From assembly GCA_964057225.1 (NCBI GenBank), contig OZ059899.1, forward strand, positions 3,968,001 to 4,032,000: a stretch of DNA of 64,000 nt. Reading direction: 5' to 3'. Both the position numbers and the translations under genes were made by a program. The notes beneath the pieces are model-generated. The model made no database searches, was not told the DNA's origin, and saw only the letters and a program-made list of their open reading frames with translations. Shown piece after piece: positions 55,501 through 64,000 of the stretch. How positions within the stretch are numbered: the stretch's first letter is position 1; each line of letters starts with the position of its first letter. Origin of the DNA: Auanema rhodensis (Eukaryota; Animalia; Nematoda).

Positions 55501-58500
55501 TTTCAAACGATCATAACTAATTTTTGTATTGAGCATTTCTCAATGTAGTATAGTGCATTCGATGCGGATTTTTAAGCTGCGTCGATCTGTGTTATCAGAT
55601 TTGCGCTAGCTTAAAAATGCGCCGAGATATCAACTGATATAAGTTCACACTTATATCCTCGATTTTCACCCTGAAGAATTAATTTTTTTCGTTGAATAAC
55701 ATTGTCCATCGTCTTTGCCTTGAAAAAAGGAATCTAAAAACATCTACTTTTTGCTAAATTATTTCGAAATTTCTCGAAAAAATTTTTGTCAAAATGTTTT
55801 TGGAAGCAATGTTCAGTGTACATGGAAACTCAACATACACTAATGCATCATTTTTCAAACGATCATAACTAATTTTTGTATTAAGCGTTTCTCAATGTAG
55901 TATAGTGCATTCGATGCGGATTTTTAAGCTGCGTCGATCTGTGTTATCAGATTTGCGCTAGCTTAAAAATGCACCGAGATATCAACTGATATAAGTTTAC
56001 ACTTATATCCTCGATTTTCACCCTGAAGAATTAATTTTTTCGTTGAATAGCATTGTCCATCGTCTTTGCCTTGAAAAAAGGAATCTAAAAACATCTACTT
56101 TTTGCTAAATTATTTTAAAATTTTTCGAAAAAATTTTTGTCAAAATGTTTTTGGAAGCAATGTTGAGTGTACATGGAAACTCAACATACACTAATGCATC
56201 ATTTTTCAAACGATCATAACTAATTTTTGTATTAAGCATTTCTCAATGTAGTATAGTGCATTCGATGCGGATTTTTAAGCTGCGTCGATCTGTGTTATCA
56301 GATTTGCGCTAGCTTAAAAATGCACCAAGATATCAACTGATATAAGTTCACACTTATATCCTCGATTTTCACCCTGAAGAATTAATTTTTTCGTTGAATA
56401 ACATTGTCCATCGTCTTTGCCTTGAAAAAAGGAATCTAAAAACATCTACTTTTTGCTAAATTATTTCGAAATTTCTCGAAAAAATTTTTGTCAAAATGTT
56501 TTTGGAAGCAATGTTGAGTGTACATGGAAACTCAACATACACTAATGCATCATTTTTCAAACGATCATAACTAATTTTTGTATTAAGCGTTTCTCAATGT
56601 AGTATAGTGCATTCGATGCGGATTTTTAAGCTGCGTCGATCTGTGTTATCAGATTTGCGCTAGCTTAAAAATACACCGAGATATCAACTGATATAAGTTC
56701 ACACTTATATCCTCGATTTTCACCCTGAAGAATTGATTTTTTCGTTGAATAACATTGTCCATCGTCTTTGCCTTGGAAAATGGAATCTAAAAACATCTAC
56801 TTTTTGCTAAATTATTTTGAAATTTTTCGAAAAAAGTTTTGTCAAAATGTTTTTGGAAGCAATGTTGAGTGTACATGGAAACTCAACATACACTAATGCA
56901 TCATTTTTCAAACGATCATAACTTATTTTTGTATTAAGCGTTTCTCAATGTAGTATAGTGCATTCGATGCGGATTTTTAAGCTGCGTCGTTCTGTGTTAT
57001 CAGATTTGCGCTAGCTTAAAAATGCAACGAGATATCAACTGATATAAGTTCACACTTATATCCTCGATTTTCACCCTGAAGAATTAATTTTTTCGTTGAA
57101 TAACATTGTCCATCGTCTTTGCCTTGAAAAAAGGAATCTAAAAACATCTACTTTTTGCTAAATTATTTTAAAATTTTTCGAAAAAATTTTTGTCAAAATG
57201 TTTTTGGAAGCAATGTTGAGTGTACATGGAAACTCAACATACACTAATGCATCATTTTTCAAACGATCATAACTAATTTTTGTATTAAGCATTTCTCAAT
57301 GTAGTATAGTGCATTCGATGCGGATTTTTAAGCTGCGTCGATCTGTGTTATCAGATTTGCGCTAGCTTAAAAATGCACCAAGATATCAACTGATATAAGT
57401 TCACACTTATATCCTCGATTTTCACCCTGAAGAATTAATTTTTTCGTTGAATAACATTGTCCATCGTCTTTGCCTTGAAAAAAGGAATCTAAAAACATCT
57501 ACTTTTTGCTTTATTATTCCGAAATTTCTCGAAAAAATTTTTGTCAAAATGTTTTTGGAAGCAATGTTGAGTGTACATGGAAACTCAACATACACTAATG
57601 CATCATTTTTCAAACGATCATAACTAATTTTTGTATTAAGCGTTTCTCAATGTAGTATAGTGCATTCGATGCGGATTTTTAAGCTGCGTCGATCTGTGTT
57701 ATCAGATTTGCGCTAGCTTAAACATGCACCGAGATATCAACTGATATAAGTTCACACTTATATCCTCGATTTTCACCCTGAAGAATTGATTTTTTCGTTG
57801 AATAACATTGTCCATCGTCTTTGCCTTGAAAAATGGAATCTAAAAACATCTACTTTTTGCTAAATTATTTTGAAATTTTTCGAAAAAAGTTTTGTCAAAA
57901 TGTTTTTGGAAGCAATGTTGAGTGTACATGGAAACTCAACATACACTAATGCATCATTTTTCAAACGATCATAACTAATTTTTGTATTAAGCGTTTCTCA
58001 ATGTAGTATAGTGCATTCGATGCGGATTTTTAAGCTGCGTCGTTCTGTGTTATCAGATTTGCGCTAGCTTAAAAATGCAACGAGATATCAACTGATATAA
58101 GTTCACACTTATATCCTCGATTTTCACCCTGAAGAATTAATTTTTTCGTTGAATAACATTGTCCATCGTCTTTGCCTTGAAAAAAGGAATCTAAAAACAT
58201 CTACTTTTTGCTAAATTATTTTAAAATTTTTCGAAAAAATTTTTGTCAAAATGTTTTTGGAAGCAATGTTGAGTGTACATGGAAACTCAACATACACTAA
58301 TGCATCATTTTTCAAACGATCATAACTAATTTTTGTATTGAGCATTTCTCAATGTAGTATAGTGCATTCGATGCGGATTTTTAAGCTGCGTCGATCTGTG
58401 TTATCAGATTTGCGCTAGCTTAAAAATGCGCCGAGATATCAACTGATATAAGTTCACACTTATATCCTCGATTTTCACCCTGAAGAATTAATTTTTTTCG

Positions 58501-61500
58501 TTGAATAACATTGTCCATCGTCTTTGCCTTGAAAAAAGGAATCTAAAAACATCTACTTTTTGCTAAATTATTTTGAAATTTTTCGAAAAAAGTTTTGTCA
58601 AAATGTTTTTGGAAGCAATGTTGAGTGTACATGGAAACTCAACATACACTAATGCATCATTTTTCAAACGATCATAACTAATTTTTGTATTAAGCGTTTC
58701 TCAATGTAGTATAGTGCATTCGATGCGGATTTTTAAGCTGCGTCGTTCTGTGTTATCAGATTTGCGCTAGCTTAAAAATGCAACGAGATATCAACTGATA
58801 TAAGTTCACACTTATATCCTCGATTTTCACCCTGAAGAATTAATTTTTTCGTTGAATAACATTGTCCATCGTCTTTGCCTTGAAAAAAGGAATCTAAAAA
58901 CATCTACTTTTTGCTAAATTATTTTAAAATTTTTCGAAAAAATTTTTGTCAAAATGTTTTTGGAAGCAATGTTGAGTGTACATGGAAACTCAACATACAC
59001 TAATGCATCATTTTTCAAACGATCATAACTAATTTTTGTATTAAGCGTTTCTCAATGTAGTATAGTGCATTCGATGCGGATTTTTAAGCTGCGTCGATCT
59101 GTGTTATCAGATTTGCGCTAGCTTAAAAATGCACCGAGATATCAACTGATATAAGTTCACACTTATATCCTCGATTTTCACCCTGAAGAATTAATTTTTT
59201 CGTTGAATAGCATTGTCCATCGTCTTTGCCTTGAAAAAAGGAATCTAAAAACATCTACTTTTTGCTAAATTATTTTAAAATTTTTCGAAAAAATTTTTGT
59301 CAAAATGTTTTTGGAAGCAATGTTGAGTGTACATGGAAACTCAACATACACTAATGCATCATTTTTCAAACGATCATAACTAATTTTTGTATTAAGCATT
59401 TCTCAATGTAGTATAGTGCATTCGATGCGGATTTTTAAGCTGCGTCGATCTGTGTTATCAGATTTGCGCTAGCTTAAAAATGCACCAAGATATCAACTGA
59501 TATAAGTTCACACTTATATCCTCGATTTTCACCCTGAAGAATTAATTTTTTCGTTGAATAACATTGTCCATCGTCTTTGCCTTGAAAAATGGAATCTAAA
59601 AACATCTACTTTTTGCTAAATTATTTTGAAATTTTTCGAAAAAAGTTTTGTCAAAATGTTTTTGGAAGCAATGTTGAGTGTACATGGAAACTCAACATAC
59701 ACTAATGCATCATTTTTCAAACGATCATAACTAATTTTTGTATTAAGCGTTTCTCAATGTAGTATAGTGCATTCGATGCGGATTTTTAAGCTGCGTCGTT
59801 CTGTGTTATCAGATTTGCGCTAGCTTAAAAATGCAACGAGATATCAACTGATATAAGTTCACACTTATATCCTCGATTTTCACCCTGAAGAATTGATTTT
59901 TTCGTTGAATAACATTGTCCTTCGTCTTTGCCTTGAAAAAAGGAATCTAAAAACATCTACTTTTTGCTAAATTATTTTAAAATTTTTCGAAAAAATTTTT
60001 GTCAAAATGTTTTTGGAAGCAATGTTGAGTGTACATGGAAACTCAACATACACTAATGCATCATTTTCCAAACGATCATAACTAATTTTTGTATTAAGCA
60101 TTTCTCAATGTAGTATAGTGCATTCGATGCGGATTTTTAAGCTGCGTCGATCTGTGTTATCAGATTTGCGCTAGCTGAAAAATGCACCAAGATATCAACT
60201 GATATAAGTTCACACTTATATCCTCGATTTTCACCCTGAAGAATTAATTTTTTCGTTGAATAACATTGTCCATCGTCTTTGCCTTGAAAAAAGGAATCTA
60301 AAAACATCTACTTTTTGCTAAATTATTTCGAAATTTCTCGAAAAAATTTTTGTCAAAATGTTTTTGGAAGCAATGTTGAGTGTACATGGAAACTCAACAT
60401 ACACTAATGCATCATTTTTCAAACGATCATAACTAATTTTTGTATTAAGCGTTTCTCAATGTAGTATAGTGCATTCGATGCGGATTTTTAAGCTGCGTCG
60501 ATCTGTGTTATCAGATTTGCGCTAGCTTAAAAATGCACCGAGATATCAACTGATATAAGTTCACACTTATATCCTCGATTTTCACCCTGAAGAATTGATT
60601 TTTTCGTTGAATAACATTGTCCATCGTCTTTGCCTTGAAAAATGGAATCTAAAAACATCTACTTTTTGCTAAATTATTTTGAAATTTTTCGAAAAAAGTT
60701 TTGTCAAAATGTTTTTGAAAGCAATGTTGAGTGTACATGGAAACTCAACATACACTAATGCATCATTTTTCAAACGATCATAACTAATTTTTGTATTAAG
60801 CGTTTCTCAATGTGGTATAGTGCATTCGATGCGGATTTTTAAGCTGCGTCGATCTGTGTTATCAGATTTGCGCTAGCTTAAAAATGCACCGAGATATCAA
60901 CTGATATAAGTTTACACTTATATCCTCGATTTTCACCCTGAAGAATTAATTTTTTCGTTGAATAGCATTGTCCATCGTCTTTGCCTTGAAAAAAGGAATC
61001 TAAAAACATCTACTTTTTGCTAAATTATTTTAAAATTTTTCGAAAAAATTTTTGTCAAAATGTTTTTGGAAGCAATGTTGAGTGTACATGGAAACTCAAC
61101 ATACACTAATGCATCATTTTTCAAACGATCATAACTAATTTTTGTATTAAGCGTTTCTCAATGTAGTATAGTGCATTCGATGCGGATTTTTAAGCTGCGT
61201 CGATCTGTGTTATCAGATTTGCGCTAGCTTAAAAATGCACCGAGATATCAACTGATATAAGTTCACACTTATATCCTCGATTTTCACCCTGAAGAATTGA
61301 TTTTTTCGTTGAATAACATTGTCCATCGTCTTTGCCTTGAAAAATGGAATCTAAAAACATCTACTTTTTGCTAAATTATTTTGAAATTTTTCGAAAAAAG
61401 TTTTGTCAAAATGTTTTTGGAAGCAATGTTGAGTGTACATGGAAACTCAACATACACTAATGCATCATTTTTCAAACGATCATAACTAATTTTTGTATTA

Positions 61501-64000
61501 AGCGTTTCTCAATGTAGTATAGTGCATTCGATGCGGATTTTTAAGCTGCGTCGTTCTGTGTTATTAGATTTGCGCTAGCTTAAAAATGCAACGAGATATC
61601 AACTGATATAAGTTCACACTTATATCCTCGATTTTCACCCTGAAGAATTAATTTTTTCGTTGAATAACATTGTCCATCGTCTTTGCCTTGAAAAAAGGAA
61701 TCTAAAAACATCTACTTTTTGCTAAATTATTTTAAAATTTTTCGAAAAAATTTTTGTCAAAATGTTTTTGGAAGCAATGTTGAGTGTACATGGAAACTCA
61801 ACATACACTAATGCATCATTTTTCAAACGATCATAACTAATTTTTGTATTAAGCATTTCTCAATGTAGTATAGTGCATTCGATGCGGATTTTTAAGCTGC
61901 GTCGATCTGTGTTATCAGATTTGCGCTAGCTTAAAAATGCACCAAGATATCAACTGATATAAGTTCACACTTATATCCTCGATTTTCACCCTGAAGAATT
62001 AATTTTTTCGTTGAATAACATTGTCCATCGTCTTTGCCTTGAAAAAAGGAATCTAAAAACATCTACTTTTTGCTAAATTATTCCGAAATTTCTCGAAAAA
62101 ATTTTTGTCAAAATGTTTTTGGAAGCAATGTTGAGTGTACATGGAAACTCAACATACACTAATGCATCATTTTTCAAACGATCATAACTAATTTTTGTAT
62201 TAAGCGTTTCTCAATGTAGTATAGTGCATTCGATGCGGATTTTTAAGCTGCGTCGATCTGTGTTATCAGATTTGCGCTAGCTTAAAAATGCACCGAGATA
62301 TCAACTGATATAAGTTTACACTTATATCCTCGATTTTCACCCTGAAGAATTAATTTTTTCGTTGAATAGCATTGTCCATCGTCTTTGCCTTGAAAAAAGG
62401 AATCTAAAAACATCTACTTTTTGCTAAATTATTTTAAAATTTTTCGAAAAAATTTTTGTCAAAATGTTTTTGGAAGCAATGTTGAGTGTACATGGAAACT
62501 CAACATACACTAATGCATCATTTTTCAAACGATCATAACTAATTTTTGTATTAAGCGTTTCTCAATGTAGTATAGTGCATTCGATGCGGATTTTTAAGCT
62601 GCGTCGATCTGTGTTATCAGATTTGCGCTAGCTTAAAAATGCACCGAGATATCAACTGATATAAGTTCACACTTATATCCTCGATTTTCACCCTGAAGAA
62701 TTGATTTTTTCGTTGAATAACATTGTCCATCGTCTTTGCCTTGAAAAATGGAATCTAAAAACATCTACTTTTTGCTAAATTATTTTGAAATTTTTCGAAA
62801 AAAGTTTTGTCAAAATGTTTTTGGAAGCAATGTTGAGTGTACATGGAAACTCAACATACACTAATGCATCATTTTTCAAACGATCATAACTAATTTTTGT
62901 ATTAAGCGTTTCTCAATGTAGTATAGTGCATTCGATGCGGATTTTTAAGCTGCGTCGTTCTGTGTTATTAGATTTGCGCTAGCTTAAAAATGCAACGAGA
63001 TATCAACTGATATAAGTTCACACTTATATCCTCGATTTTCACCCTGAAGAATTAATTTTTTCGTTGAATAACATTGTCCATCGTCTTTGCCTTGAAAAAA
63101 GGAATCTAAAAACATCTACTTTTTGCTAAATTATTCCGAAATTTCTCGAAAAAATTTTTGTCAAAATGTTTTTGGAAGCAATGTTGAGTGTACATGGAAA
63201 CTCAACATACACTAATGCATCATTTTTCAAACGATCATAACTAATTTTTGTATTAAGCGTTTCTCAATGTAGTATAGTGCATTCGATGCGGATTTTTAAG
63301 CTGCGTCGATCTGTGTTATCAGATTTGCGCTAGCTTAAAAATGCACCGAGATATCAACTGATATAAGTTCACACTTATATCCTCGATTTTCACCCTGAAG
63401 AATTGATTTTTTCGTTGAATAACATTGTCCATCGTCTTTGCCTTGAAAAATGGAATCTAAAAACATCTACTTTTTGCTAAATTATTTTGAAATTTTTCGA
63501 AAAAATTTTTGTCAAAATGTTTTTGGAAGCAATGTTGAGTGTACATGGAAACTCAACATACACTAATGCATCATTTTTCAAACGATCATAACTAATTTTT
63601 GTATTAAGCATTTCTCAATGTAGTATAGTGCATTCGATGCGGATTTTTAAGCTGCGTCGATCTATGTTATCAGATTTGCGCTAGCTTAAAAATGCACCAA
63701 GATATCAACTGATATAAGTTCACACTTATATCCTCGATTTTCACCCTGAAGAATTAATTTTTTCGTTGAATAACATTGTCCATCGTCTTTGCCTTGAAAA
63801 AAGGAATCTAAAAACATCTACTTTTTGCTAAATTATTCCGAAATTTCTCGAAAAAATTTTTGTCAAAATGTTTTTGGAAGCAATGTTGAGTGTACATGGA
63901 AACTCAACATACACTAATGCATCATTTTTCAAACGATCATAACTAATTTTTGTATTAAGCGTTTCTCAATGTAGTATAGTGCATTCGATGCGGATTTTTA
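37558..64000 (+). repeat. Domain built on a degenerate X-Y-Z trimer
   Basis: X = attGat/aaaTgg/aaaGttt. Y = gTtct/gcaAcg/ttttAaa. Z = aagcA/ccAag/ttCgaaatttCtcg. These occur mostly in the order X-Y-Z, with dropouts and chimeras. Confidence 0.8.
38611..45279 (+). repeat. Nested duplication: ~8-monomer block repeated at an 11-monomer (3861-bp) offset, with an internal 4-monomer duplication
   Basis: cttCgcc occurs at 39920/43781, and aaattTtttt+tttCtcg monomers sit at M112/M123. M115-118 is repeated as M119-122 (gatTata+ctcAatt monomers M116/M120, 1404 bp apart). Confidence 0.8.

Larger units (their letters stand above)
1..64000 (+). repeat. Tandem satellite DNA array, 351-bp monomer, ~182.3 head-to-tail copies
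   Basis: The monomer start gttgagtg(t/c)acatggaaactcaac recurs at 1, 352, 703 and onward. The 60-column layout realigns every 7020 bp (20 x 351) at 7021, 14041, 21061, 28081, 35101, 42121 and 49141. Phase shifts by +1 after ~55689 and by +2 after ~58498. There is no non-repeat sequence. Confidence 0.99.

Noticed and set aside
57422-57613. 63-aa minus-strand ORF from the ORF track
   Set aside because: It exists only because a private AA>TT change at 57511-57512 turns the minus-strand TAG found in the other monomers into AAG. It has no recognisable domain and is a chance read-through in satellite DNA.
1-64000. CRISPR array
   Set aside because: There are no unique spacers. The unit is 351 bp and fully repeated, and no cas genes are present.
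1-64000. Rolling-circle or concatemer artefact of a single ~350-nt circle (viroid-like RNA or eccDNA)
   Set aside because: Variants are inherited in nested multi-monomer blocks and position-specific subfamilies. That pattern indicates evolutionary duplication history, not repeated copying of one template with random errors.

Overview
The whole 64-kb window is one uninterrupted head-to-tail satellite DNA array. It has an AT-rich monomer of 351 bp (~31% GC by hand count), present as 182 full copies plus a 116-bp partial copy, all on one strand. The array runs off both ends of the window. I see no genes, RNA genes, transposon insertions, inversions or unique sequence, and the single ORF-track hit is a chance read-through. 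Monomers differ only by a few substitutions, and only two 1-bp insertions occur. Typing monomers by these variants (numbered M1-M183; monomer position p1 = window base 1) shows a layered array. A distinct subfamily occupies ~1-12.3 kb. Local block duplications or incipient higher-order repeats of 7, 5, 3, 2, 6, 11 and 4 monomers follow. A degenerate X-Y-Z trimer underlies ~37.5-64 kb. The monomer is packed with dyad symmetries, including a ~67-bp imperfect hairpin with perfect 11-bp arms. This looks like eukaryotic (peri)centromeric or heterochromatic satellite, possibly invertebrate (inference). I cannot name the family or taxon, and I find no supportable novel gene system.
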